From: Hydrolagus affinis
Taxonomy: Eukaryota
Assembly (NCBI GenBank): GCA_012026655.1
Contig: JAAILG010001489.1
Span: 1-64,000 of the forward strand
DNA: 64,000 nt
Reading direction: 5' to 3'
The translations under genes and the position numbers were made by a program. Below the pieces are notes generated by a model, which was not told where the DNA came from, did not search any database, and saw nothing but the letters and a program-made list of their open reading frames with translations. Shown here piece after piece: positions 39,041 to 51,076 of the stretch (position 1 is the stretch's first letter; each line of letters begins with the position of its first letter).

Positions 39041-42000
39041 TCTTGCGGCTACAAGGTACTGTAACATTTATAGGATCCTGGCTTTAACAGCCCTTGCTGG
39101 TAACCTCCTTCGACCTCTAACTCTGTAGAAAGAAATACTTTATGATCTCTGTCATAAAATTGTACATTAACATCTTGAGCCTGTGCCCGTTCCCCTGCCC
39201 TTTGGCTTGTCTAAAAAGTATTGTTCTGGAGAATTACGCTTTTGAGAATTACGCGATGCAGCCATGGACAGTATTAGTTTCACTTGTGCCACAGTTTATA
39301 GCATTAAATTAGAGGGTAATTTTGTGGTGTTGAAGTTACATCATTTAGCAAAGCCCCAAAGCCAACCTTTGCTTTGGACCGGTGGCTGGTTTTGGAAGTA
39401 TTCCCCATCTCATGTGGGTATGATATTTGAACAAGTACAAATAGGAACATGGTAAAAATCAAATCATGTCACACAGAAGGAATGCTGCGAATGTAACGGA
39501 CTGTCTAGTTGAACTATGGTTTTTCTTTAGCTGAAGCAAATTGAATAACCTTCCACTAGCTACCTCCAGTGGCACAACATTTAAAAGGGTACTTAAAACC
39601 ATTATGATTTTAACACAAATATTCTCCGTTATTGCACACACAGAGGATGAAACACAAACGCTCAAACAAATCATTTTTTTTTCCTCCTCCTATCCATTTT
39701 GATTGCTGAAGCCAGCATTTAATCATGTCCCTTACCTCTGAAACTAGTAAAGACATTCCATCACAGAGAAGAAACCACAAATAATGTGCAGCTGAGACAT
39801 ATATTCCCCTGTAGACTGCAGAGGAAAGACATGCACAACTTCATCCAACTGAAAACTATATATTCTATGTATCTCTTTAACCAGATGGTTAAATCTTCCT
39901 AATAAATAAAACATCCCACAGACTTGCCCCGAAGAGACATCTGCCTCTGTAATATAGGAAAGATAATATCGTGCTGTTCACTTGGGTGACATAATTCAAT
40001 GACAATAGACACACATTAGTACATAATAATAATAATCCTTGCATTTGATATAGTTTTTTTGTGTTTGTGGGGACACTGCTGCGCACAATTGGCTACCACA
40101 TTTCTCCCACAAATATAGGGTCAATTCACTTTACAGTATATTCTGTGAAGCGCTTTGAGACGTCTAGAAGATGCGATAAGCGCTATATCAAATGCAAGGA
40201 TTAGTATTTTTATGTACGGTAATATTATGTAATCTAAGAAAATGGTTAAATTGTATACTCATTTTTTAATTAAAAAAAAGACACATTGATGATCAGGATA
40301 GAGTACATTTTTGTCTCAAAATAAGGATACTTAACAGGGTTGTGGTGAGAATCTTCAGCATTAGAATTACTGAAATTTAAACTGGAACAATATCTGATTG
40401 CTGCCTCGTCTAAGCTATCCTATGAATTTGAGTCGCCACTGTGCAATCCACCTCCATAGCTGAAGGATTAGATGCGAAAAGTACGGTTCAGGTAAAGTTA
40501 TCCACTGTGATAGAAAGATCACATATACTCTTACTATTCCAGAGGAAGGACAGTAGAATCCGTCACTTTTAGAGAACAAACATAATGTCACTGTGGAATT
40601 AGCAAGTGTTACTATTGCTCTCTCAAAATACGCACACAGATACTGTTCTATTATTACCTCTCTGAGAGAAATAGCCAAAAGGTGAACATGACACACTGTT
40701 TTGTTTGGTGGGACCAGGTCAACTAGATAGTGGATTAAACCAATCTCCCGATCCAAATATCCTGGGTGGGGGGGGGGGATGGGAGGGAGGGCTGAGGGGC
40801 CTCCAGGGTGATGTGCGGGGCAATGGAAAGTTTGGGATTGAGTCAAGACTCTATGTCTGCCTGAGCAGTCTGGTTGCTCACCCGGGGATACCGTGCCATT
40901 AGCTGTAATAGTCCTTGCATTTGACGTAGCACCTCATCGCTTCGTTGAGAATGATGTGGAACAAATGTGTGCGTTTTCGTGGGAGGAAACGTGGCACCCA
41001 GTTGTGCACAAACAGCCGCGGAGCGAGGAGCGGGGACATATTCCATTCCAGCCAAAAGGAAATTTCCACTCGTAGATGATATATACGCCTGTGAAATCGG
41101 GTATTGGCTCAATTGACTACCAAATTACTATAGGGTTATATCGCACGGCTACTCTCTGAGGCATTTTCAAGTGGCTGTAGGATAAGCACTCGTGTGTGTG
41201 TGTGTATTGGCCACTTAGTGAGGAATCTGTACATGATGTAAGGAAAGACACAGGCTTATATCCAGAAAACTGTAATAAAAGCTTCCCAGACTGAATACCA
41301 CAGACATCAAATTAATTTGTTGTCCTTAATTTTTTTTATATATAAAAAAACCTCATTTGGCTACGAGCTGTATGTCTGTCTGTATGTATGTCCAAAAAAA
41401 ACCCCCAACAACTTGCCAACAATGGAGTGAAACGATGCCGGAGTGAAACGGTGCCAGAGTGAAAAGGACACCTTTGGCCTTTAAGCTTAAAAAAAAGGTG
41501 CAAAGTTTTCGGACCGTGAGTTTCGGTGGATTGTCTGACCTCATTCAGGAAACGTTGGCTTGTTCTGCTCCGCAGACTTCACCTGAAAACATGTATTTAT
41601 TGATGAATATATGTATTTATACAGTATTGTTTGATCGCAAATTAGAAATCTTCAAATATTGCGCATGTCGTCCACAAAACACAGTCACCACGCTTTATGT
41701 TGTATACTGTACTGTAAAGTGCTTTGAGACGTCTCAGTGATGTGATAAGGCAGTCTATCAAATAATAATAATAATAAATGTAAGCATTATTATTATCCGT
41801 CTGTTTGGACCTGTGTGTAATTCACTGTATAAGTGTACAACTCTGTCAAGTTTCTATGCTAGTTTAATAATCTCTGGGAATATCTCTGTGTATCTGCTCG
41901 GTATGTCTATCTTCGTGTAGCTGGCATATCTGTACATCTAGAAGGTGCAATATCAAATGCAAGGATTATTAGATCTAGGAACAAGAGCAAAACTAAACCA

Positions 42001-42055
42001 ATTAGGGCCATCCATCTGACCCCAATAAATCAAACGTGTGTTTGTGTATGTTTGT

Positions 42056-42056
<1 letters not shown>

Positions 42057-42104
<48 letters not shown>
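42057..42104. repeat. (AGAT)12 microsatellite
   Basis: Counted directly. Confidence 0.97.
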
Positions 42105-42640
42105 TCCTGAGATGTCTCAGAATCATGATAACGTGCTATATCAAATGCGATGATTAATAGTATAATTATTATTTTTTTAAATTATTTTTACCATCTCACT
42201 TCAATAGGTGCATCACATTGGGCTAAGAGCCCAAATTAAACCCAGAGTTACTGACAGAGTTACTGGTGTGTGTGTGTGTGTGACTTTCTATGGCTTGTTG
42301 GGATTTTTTGAATTGCCTTATCTGGCTGACTGGCTAGTCCTCATAAAATAAAATCTCAGAGAGAGAGTGAAAGAGAGAGTGAGAGTGCATTGAAACGACC
42401 TGGCAGAGAAAACAGACGCAATTGTTGGGATCTTAGCCAGAGAGAGAGAGAGAGAGTCTGTGCAATGTTGGCAACCTTGGCCAGAGTGAGGGGAGGGAGG
42501 GAGTGAAGGGTGGGGGGGGGGGGGTGGGGGGGTAGAGAGAATAACAACCGTGGAGAGAAGTGAGATGAGTTACAGGAGACTGAGGGAAACTGCTCCCTCA
42601 CTAATTACGTATTGTCAGCATCTCACTCTTTCTTGCAAGT

Positions 42641-42665
42641 GGCAATTAGAGTCCAGTCAATAAAA
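42641..42665 (+). promoter_or_regulatory. ELN: Elastin core-promoter/5' leader element: GGCAATTAG..ATAAAA (TATA-like)
   Basis: ATAAAA at 42660-42665 lies about 50 nt before the first ATG, preceded by CAATTAG. Mammalian ELN is known for a non-canonical ATAAA(A) box near the ATG. Confidence 0.55.
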
Positions 42666-42714
42666 GCTGCCTGTGCTGGGAGTCAGTTGGTACTGTGCAC
42701 AGTGCCCAGTGAGG

Positions 42715-42796
42715 ATGATGATGAAGATCATGATGGCTATGGCACTTTCACGCTGGTGCTTGTTTCTCTCCCTCATTACAGTCTCTCTACAGGGAG
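42715..42796 (+). CDS. ELN: Elastin exon 1: signal peptide MMMKIMMAMALSRWCLFLSLITVSLQG
   Basis: Hydrophobic signal peptide ending SLQG, as in fish tropoelastins; phase-1 donor G|GTGAGT; 82 coding nt. The functional ATG could be a later in-frame one. Confidence 0.9.
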
Positions 42797-43777
42797 GTGA
42801 GTGTTCAAAAATAAATCTCACACACTCTCTCTCTCACTTCAGTAATAAGCCTGGGATTACTAGATCCTGTCTCTCTCTCTGTCTCTCTCACACTTATTCT
42901 CTCTTTCTCTGAATTACATACAGTAGGGAATAGATTTCTGGCTTTTTTTTTTTAAGAGAGAGGAGTTTGATCATCTATCATATAAAGGGAGCCCTGGGAG
43001 TTTTACAATTCCTCTGAATCTGGAGAATATTTATATATATATATATTATATATTTTTCTCTCTGCTTCTTTGCTTCCCCTTTTTCCAGCACTGTTTCTGT
43101 TGTCTGTCATTGAAACAAATACTAGCAGTTTGTTTTCTCAGCCTCTCTGTTGGGTTTGTTTGATGCTGGGAACAGTAATGTCAATATATACATAATATAT
43201 GTGTATGTGTAGAGTTGAAGTTTACATTTCTGATCGTTCGTTAAGAATTGTGGATATATATATATATATATATATCAACAAGTCCTTACGTTTGAGTCCT
43301 CGTATGAGTGTGGGGTGGGGGGGGGGGGGTCTCTCTCTGTGTGTAACGGTACCATCTGAACTGCGTACCTTTTTAAGAGTGAATATGTTGTGATTTTTTT
43401 CTCTCTCAATCTCTCCCTTGATGTTTCCCTTTTGTCGCTCTATAAATTTATCTATTTCTGAGCCTCTAACAATGTAGCGTGTAGATATCTCTCTCCATCA
43501 ATCTACATACCTCTATTAATGCATATACAGTACCTGTATCCATACCTGCAGACAACCGCCATTCAGCTAAAAGACTATATATTTAGAATGTATTCCTTTT
43601 TCTCTGTGTGTGTGTATATACTGTAAACCCTGACTTGTCATGTGGAGGGAGGGAGGGAGGGAGGGAGTTACACTGACAGCTGAACTCAAAATAATCAACA
43701 GCAGTCAATTAACTTTCCATAATTGATGTAAACTAATCTTTCTGACCCTATAAAGGCAGTGCGGTACAGTGCATATA

Positions 43778-44125
43778 TAATAACAATCCTTGCATTTGAT
43801 ATGTCGCGCTTTTCACGTCTTCTAGACTGTGTCTCAAAGCGCTTCACAGAATAAACTGTAAAATGAATTGACTGTATATTTGTGGTCGAAACGCGCCGAT
43901 TGAGCACAGCACCGTCCCCACAAACAGCCGTGGATTGAAATGACCAATTTTATTATAGTTATATATATATTTTTGGAGGGATTATTACTGTATTAGGCGC
44001 GTGTGTGTGTGTGTGTGTGTGGATTAAGGAAATTTACCCAAGGTTTCGCCCTGACCTGCCTGGATTTGAACACAAGTCTCACACTTGTAAGGCGAGTTCT
44101 CTAACCACTGAGCTACAGGACTCCA
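43778..44125 (-). mobile_element. Full-length tRNA-derived SINE in elastin intron 1
   Basis: Reverse complement of the 37601 copy, ending ..aaccactgagctacaggactcca. Confidence 0.92.
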
Positions 44126-46009
44126 TCTAATGATGTCTTCGTACCTATGCGGTGTGCAATATGTAGTGAGTGTACGTTCAGTGTATGTACAGTATTTACT
44201 GATTACTGTATCCACACTCCACACTGCAGATCCTCTAGTTATCTCATCATAAACCACAATCCCTCATTTGGTTATTTTGTGTGTGTGTGTGTGTTTTTTT
44301 TAAATAAAGCTCCTAAGCTCATTATTATTCACTTTACAAATACAGTGTGGGTCACTCAGCCACACTGCAGCTGTTTGTGGGGAATTGTCTGCCTCTTTCC
44401 ACACCTCCCCACCACTCGTCTCACACACAATACATACAGTTATTTACTCTACGGTATAATCTGTAGCGCTTTGAGACTGTGACATGGCACCACATCAAAA
44501 GCAAGGGTTATGATTTTTTATTATTATTGTTACAACTTCCTACAAGACTCTGTACGGTTACTGATCACACACATATGGAATTTCTCAATCACTGGAGAAT
44601 TATGAAACCACAGTCCTATCAGTCTTTTTTTTAATATTTGAGTGTTATACAATAATATGTTGTGTAATGCATGCACTGTCCCGGGATGTAAAGGATAGGT
44701 GTTATTGAGTATGTGAGGACATGGGTTTGGATGTGGGGGTTTAAAGTTTACTGTCATTAACTCTCCTCTTTTCCCTGGTGTCCAGCTGTGGGACAAATAG
44801 ACAAGCATAGAAACAAAAATAAACATTGGCAATGAATTTGCTCAGAAATTAATACCTTTGCTCAGTTTGATGCACTTTCCTTGATTGGTGTACTGTTGTA
44901 TACTCTTGCCTGCTGTTACTAAACAGAGTCTGCCTGCCATATGTTGGTGTGAAATGCAAGCGTCTGTTATTGTATCTAGTGGGACAGAGCTGTGTATAAA
45001 CAGCCCCACCAATCACTCTGTCTGTCTATCTGTGTGTTCCCTCAGTGTAAAATATCAGAAACACCGATACAGGTTTTTTTTTCCGCCTTATACAACTTGC
45101 AAATTGCAATTTACTTGCATGAAATGCAACCACTTCACATCGTTCAGGATCATTTAGAACAGGTCTCTCTTGGCATTGCTGTTTTCATACTGAAAGTGGA
45201 GATTATTGTCAAGAGAAATGGGAAATTGGCTCCATATAAGCCCTGATATGGATGGTTGTGTTCCTGACTGAAGTACAGAGAGCTGCCCTCCTCATGGCTG
45301 ATAAACAAGCAGAGCATATTCCAATGGAAATTCGACAAAAACTCGTTCTTTCTCTCGGTCGATAGCTTTCCATTTGCCGGGTTGGGAGAATTGTCAATGA
45401 ATTACAACTACAGTACTCTCAGGAGAGGCTTTATATGGACTTGGCTTATTAGTGGTTTGGGAGCTATTCGTGGACAAAAAACATTCAGTAACACACAGAA
45501 CAGGAATCGTGATACAGATATAAAGAAGGATTCAATAAAAGGTCCAGGTATAGGGACACACACAGACATACAGATACACACACATACACAGCAATTAGAG
45601 ACACAATCCGCACACCAAAGTTTCTTCATTGAGAGCAGTCATTAAGACAGAGGGTTAGAGCGCCCCTCTGGGGATTGTCTGGGAAATTCAGGCGCCACTT
45701 TCCAAGGGCAGAAACTTCATACAGTATTGGGCTTGACTTGATGTTTAAACCAAGCAGGTTGTTTTTTAGTCATTGGTATGAGACAGTATTTATCTTTACC
45801 GGTGATCCAGCAAGTGTCCATCAAACCTTTTTTTTTTTTGCTGGTGAATTGAATATTGTGTTGATTGATTGAATTGAAATACAAGATAATTTAAACTGCC
45901 AAATCACTGTGGTGGTAGGTCTAAATACTGCATTAACTAAAACTCAATGATGGTGGATAGAAACCGTTATGTTTTGTCCAGTGGTGTGAAGACCAAATCA
46001 ATAACTGAT

Positions 46010-46400
46010 GAGGAAGGGCAGCTGACATTGTCGACAAATCTGCCTACAAGTGGAAGTTGACCTCATGTCTACGGATGATATCACCAAGAGGGAGCAAGTA
46101 ACTGTTGGAAAAGAGGGACCAAGGACAGAGCCCTGAGGACGCCACGTGGCGACGGTGCGCTGGAAGAGAAACCCATTAGCGGAGACAAAATGGAGATTGT
46201 GGGAGAGGTAGAATTGGAACCAGGTCAAGGGCAAGCCCATGAAGTTGAACTGAGAGGAGAGACGATGGAGGAGGATGGAATAGTCGACAGTGTTGAAGGC
46301 AGCAGAGGGGTAGACAAGAACAAGGAGGCAGAGAGTGCCCGGGTCACAGATGGACAGAATGTCGTTAGTGACTTTGATCAGGCTGTTTCCGTGCTGTGGG
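46010..46400 (-). mobile_element. L2-clade LINE reverse-transcriptase fragment
   Basis: Minus strand shows frameshifted HSTETA/LIKVTNDI, SAAFNTVD and PQGSVLGP motifs. Confidence 0.88.
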
Positions 46401-48222
46401 CATTCTATTTGGTGACGTCTCTACACCATTTTACAGTTAGAGAGTAACACTAACTTGAAATGACTATATTTGAGCTCATAGTTTGATCAGGCTTACCAAG
46501 CACTAAGAGTCTTGGATTATTAGTTACATGTAAACTTATACTGGGACAAAAAAAACTGAAGTTTAGAAAGCTGATGGAAGATTTGGATTCCAGAAGGCTC
46601 AACGTTATACCAAGTGATGGAATACAGTGCTCTTGTTTGGCAGGCTGTTAAGAGCATGTAAGCTACACTGGGACAAACTTCAACGGAGACCAAATGACTC
46701 ATGAAAAAGGCTGTGCTGCCCCAAAATGGAAACCATTCAAGCATAGGCTTGGTTCCACTTTGCTATTCTGTATCTCTAAAGATTTATGAGTAGACGAGAT
46801 TGAGTATTATTGTGGGGTTTTGGGGTATGTGAAAGCGAGCGAACTCTACAGAGGCACTGTATCGGCATGACTGAGAAATGGTAATCCTGTTGAGCAACAC
46901 TTTAATTAAGTGATTCAGTAGTGTTAATTTGACCTCCGCACACGCTGTCTGCAAATAGTCCCTTGCTGAATGAAACAATAAATTCAAAATTCAAAACAGG
47001 TTAGTAGCCAAAGAGTAATAATTAAAATAATAGTTTGACTTGAATATTAATATTCACTGAAGCTTGGCCTAGGAACATTGGCTATTTTACAATCTTAATT
47101 CAGGTTACAGGTATTCATTCATACATTACTACAATTTGCAAATTTCACAAGTAGGATGTGCAGAGCATTCAATTTATTTAGAGACATAGTGATGTAGCAA
47201 TGAATAAGAAGATAGAATTCAATATACAAATTAACAGTATAATTTCTGATTGTGAAGTTCAAAATAGAATAGTTTTTTTTTAAAAGTCCTTGCATGTGTG
47301 TTAATAGAATCATAGAAAATACTGTACAGAAATAGGCTATTTGATCTATTAGAGTGATGATTTTCTCTATTTGAGCCACTTGTATTAATTGTACTGTCCT
47401 GCTTAATCCCTATATTCAAACAATGAAATTCACAAGACAAACAGAAGATAGTATAAGATTGTTTAACCCAAGTACTAGGACCATAGAAGATCATTCAGCC
47501 GACTGCATCTGGTGATGAGTTAATTACATTAAAGTTAATTACATCAGGTCTCAACATCGTGATAAGATGTTAAATCTCAAATGCGAGGATGATTATTAAT
47601 ATGTTTGTAGAATAGTCAAGAGTAATAACAACAACAAAATTACTTTTGTATGGTGCCTTTCACGTCGGGAAGCCATGAGGCATTTCAGTAAGGCATTGTA
47701 TTTGTAGAATTTGGTGGTTGGATGGTAGAAATAACCTTTAAAGCTGAGTTCCGGATTTTAAAAAATAGGTTTGTTAATCTATCTAAGACGCCTTTAGGTA
47801 GGAATAGTTCCACACAACTTTTCCTTACTTGTTTCATTGTTTGCTATCAATTTATGACATCAGGAAATCTACTGATGGGGTTCTGCTCGGGAATGCTTGA
47901 ATATTGTATTTCAGGCATGAAAGAATCATTTATAGGTTATAGTTTGGTTGGATCAATTTCATATCATGCGTTGAGTATGAAAGAACTAAATCCATTTTTT
48001 TTCACTGTCGCATCCCATCCCATTTATTAACAAGTTGAAAGTTTGCTAACTATTTTGCTGCACAGTAACTGGAAGCAGGCAAGATTCCATCATGAGACCG
48101 TGGTAATAATATTCATAATTTCCCCCCCCAAAAAATGAAGTAACATATGGCCGTGTTTGTTTTGTGTGCATTATTAATCATTACAGAGGATCTGCATAGT
48201 AACGGCTCTTTTGGTTTGACAG

Positions 48223-48291
48223 GAGTTCCTGGAGCGGGAGGAGTCCAGGGAACGTTAGGACGTCTCTTTCTTCCGAGCTCCTATTTCCAAG
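48223..48291 (+). CDS. ELN: Elastin exon 2: GVPGAGGVQGTLGRLFLPSSYFQ
   Basis: tttgacag| acceptor, |gtaagt donor, 69 nt, phase 1-1; starts GVPGA like mature tropoelastin. Confidence 0.9.
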
Positions 48292-49642
48292 GTAAGTTAT
48301 TCCAAGCGCTAGTTTTTTGTAACCACTTTAAATTTGAATGTAAGATGCCAATGTGGTAATGCGCTATGGTGAGAAGGGCACATTAAGCACAATCTCAGAG
48401 GAGAAGCGGTTTTGACCTCAGTACTCGTAGCACAATTGTATAATAGTTAAATTGAGGGAATTGCACAGATTAGTCATAGCGAAAATCACCTCTGTGGAGC
48501 TGGTCTGTAAAATCAACAATGTATATAGAGTGGATAGCGCCAACCTGGATTTGGATTGATCAATTGAAAAGTTTATTAGACTGAGGAAGAAGCGTTTCCA
48601 TACTGTTCTACTTCTGGTGCCCGACTGCTGGATTGGATTTGCGCTGCACGTGTATGTAGTTGTAGTTCAGGATAAAGTGGGCTGCCTTAATACCGACCAT
48701 TATCTCCCGCCTGCCTTTCAATAATACGTTCTGCTCGCGCAATTGTTGAGAATTGTTGAGAATGACTACACACATCTGGTGGAACAAACGCACTATGTCT
48801 ACATTCTACTTCCTGCTAATGGATGCCAGGAGCTTCCTTTGCTCACAATCCAACTTCACAGCAGTTGGACCGGAGGTTGGATCAGAGCAAAAGGTTGGCC
48901 CTAAGTCAAGCTTCATATTTTATTATGTACTATGTGAATCTCACACGTTTAAGGCACTCCAAAATGGCGGTTCCATCTATCTGCTTGCTATTTAACATCA
49001 CCAGTATCTCATCATCTTAGGCTCTACTGCCAAGTAAAGAGCAGTCACGGCAGCTGGAGATCATCTGCTGTGCAGCAGCCACTCTGCCCGTCTTGTCTTG
49101 CAGGCAAATAACGAACACTTCATCAGCGCAGTTCATATTGTTGGCTCACACAGACTGTTTTGTTGAGACTGCTCTGTCACTTTTGAAGTAAGGAAACATT
49201 CAGAAACACAAGACCGCCAAGTACTGTAATTGCGTAAAACAAATTCCATGAAATGACTGCGGCCTTGCCACCTCTTCCCTTCAGCTTAGTGTTCCATTTC
49301 CGGTCAGACAAGAGTGTAGCGCAAGCTTCAGATGTTACTGTATAATTCAGATTCTGACTCTAATTTGGCTGGTTCAGATATGTGGTGGTAAACTACTGTG
49401 GAGATGGGAAAAAAAAGTGGTCGTTCAATTCACAACTGTTTGTGGACACTGCTGTGCACAATTGACTGCCATGTGTCACCTAGAAAATCCACAATCGCTC
49501 CACTTTACAATATAGTGTTTGAGTCATTTCAACACATGATAAGATGCGAAATCAAATGGAAGAATTATTTATTATTCATGCTTCTCTACCTACAAGCCCA
49601 AACTTAAGGTTTTTGATTATGATTATTCTACCTTCCTGACAG

Positions 49643-49699
49643 CGGGAGCAGTTCCTGGAGTTGGTGTGTTACGGCAACAAGTACCTGGTGCAGGAAAAG
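49643..49699 (+). CDS. ELN: Elastin exon 3: AGAVPGVGVLRQQVPGAGK
   Basis: ttcctgacag| acceptor, |gtaata donor, 57 nt, contains VPGVG. Confidence 0.87.
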
Positions 49700-49934
49700 G
49701 TAATATAGTAAATACTCTTATGTAACTCTTATGGTGGGTGTAGCACCTTTCAGATCAGGAGAACTTCTCAAAGTGCTTTGCAGGATATACTATAAAATGG
49801 GTGTTTGGGGGTAAGTATACTTAGAGGAAACTTCGACCAATTCAAACATGAGGTAGTTTGAAAAATCACAGCAGAACAGGGAATAAGATGAATTTATAAG
49901 CATTTAAAAAAAATTCTAGTCATTCATAGTGACT

Positions 49935-50472
49935 AGACAACAACAACAACTTCAATTTGTATAGCGCCCTCGATGCCGGACGGCGTCTCTGAGTGCTTCC
50001 CGGGGGCGAGCCAGGGGCAGGGGGAGAAAGGTGACCAAAGGCGCGGTCTTTAGCTGAGACTTGAAACTGGGAAAACAGAGGGGTGGGGGTGAGGCGAAGG
50101 GAGTGAGGAAGGGAGTTCCAGAGCCTCGGGGCGTAGTGGCTGAAGGCACGGCCGCCGAGGGTGGAGCGGAGGATTCGGGGGGGACATGGAGGAGGCCAGA
50201 CCCAGAGGAGCGAAGGCAGCGGGTGCTGGGTTGGGGGGGGAGAGGAGATCAGTGAGATAGGGGGGTGGGCAGAGGAGTGGAGGGATTTGAAAACAAGTGT
50301 GAGGATCTTGAAGTCGATCTTCTTTGCGACAGGGAGCCAGTGAAGTCTGGCCAGGACTGGGGTGATGGAGGGGGCGAAGGTTGGTGTGGGGTGAGAATGC
50401 GGGTGGAGCATGAAGATTGGCTGCGCTCAATGCTTTCAGTTTGAAGTGGGGGTGAGTGGTGGGGAGGAGGGA
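49935..50472 (-). mobile_element. L2 LINE 3' end (ORF2 C-terminus plus (TTG)n tail)
   Basis: SITPVLARLHWLPV..IDFKILTLVFKSLH..GGRAFSHYAPRLWNSLP; tail gcgctatacaaattgaagttgttg. Confidence 0.92.
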
Positions 50473-50572
50473 NNNNNNNNNNNNNNNNNNNNNNNNNNNN
50501 NNNNNNNNNNNNNNNNNNNNNNNNNNNNNNNNNNNNNNNNNNNNNNNNNNNNNNNNNNNNNNNNNNNNNNNN
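50473..50572. other. Assembly gap (100 N, probably unknown size) inside elastin intron 3
   Basis: Exactly 100 N. Confidence 0.99.
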
Positions 50573-50809
50573 CTCTCTCTCTCTCTCTCTTTCTGTCTCC
50601 CCCTTTCTCCTTCCCCCTCACTCATCTCCCTTCCATCATCTCTCTATGTCTCTCACTCCCTCTGCCCCCTTCTCCCTCCCTCACACTCTTCCCCCCAACT
50701 CTCCTCACCGTTAATCTCCGCAGAGCCGCCTCCCGCTCAGACAGACAGAGATACAGACAGAGAGACACCGTCACTGCGAAGTCACGACTATTATTAAATC
50801 AGGCCTATG

Positions 50810-50905
50810 AAGTAAGGAAAACTTGCCCAAATTTTCACCCTGCCTGGAATCTAACCCGGGTCTCTCGCTCGTAAGGCGAGAGCGCTCTAACCACTGAGCT
50901 GCAAG
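50810..50905 (-). mobile_element. SINE tRNA-like head only
   Basis: Reverse complement is gcagctcagtggttagagcgctctcgccttacgagcgagagacccgggttagattcc. Confidence 0.85.
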
Positions 50906-50977
50906 GGTTCCACAACATGCGCTTGTGCTTTTCACTGACTCGCATTTTCTTTTTTTTCTTTTTACATCAACAAATAG

Positions 50978-51076
50978 GATTGCCTGGATATGGGCAAGGA
51001 CTAGCCTACCCTTACCAAGGACCAGGATACACTTACCAAGGTGGAGCAGTGCCTGGCGTTGGGATACCTGGTCTCG
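50978..51076 (+). CDS. ELN: Elastin exon 4: GLPGYGQGLAYPYQGPGYTYQGGAVPGVGIPGL
   Basis: Long T-tract then caaatag|; donor G|gtacaa (weak); 99 nt, phase 1-1. Confidence 0.87.

Noticed and set aside
73-42600. The many 60-160 aa ORFs in the upstream region
   Set aside because: They are short, mostly start at non-ATG codons, overlap SINE/LINE relics or microsatellites, show no recognisable host-protein domain and form no exon chain.
42754-42760. miR-29 seed match TGGTGCT in exon 1
   Set aside because: It is the only 7-mer I found in the exons, too little to claim the multi-site miR-29 regulation known for mammalian elastin.
42612-42800. Acidic ORF containing SEDDDEDHDG overlapping exon 1
   Set aside because: It is an alternative frame of the ATG-rich signal-peptide exon and has no ATG start.
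48960-48970. YY1-like CAAAATGGCGG in intron 2
   Set aside because: Isolated motif with similar words elsewhere (~22432, ~51935) and no supporting context.
49920-50411. 163-aa minus-strand ORF as a nested gene
   Set aside because: It is the frameshifted C-terminus of L2 ORF2.
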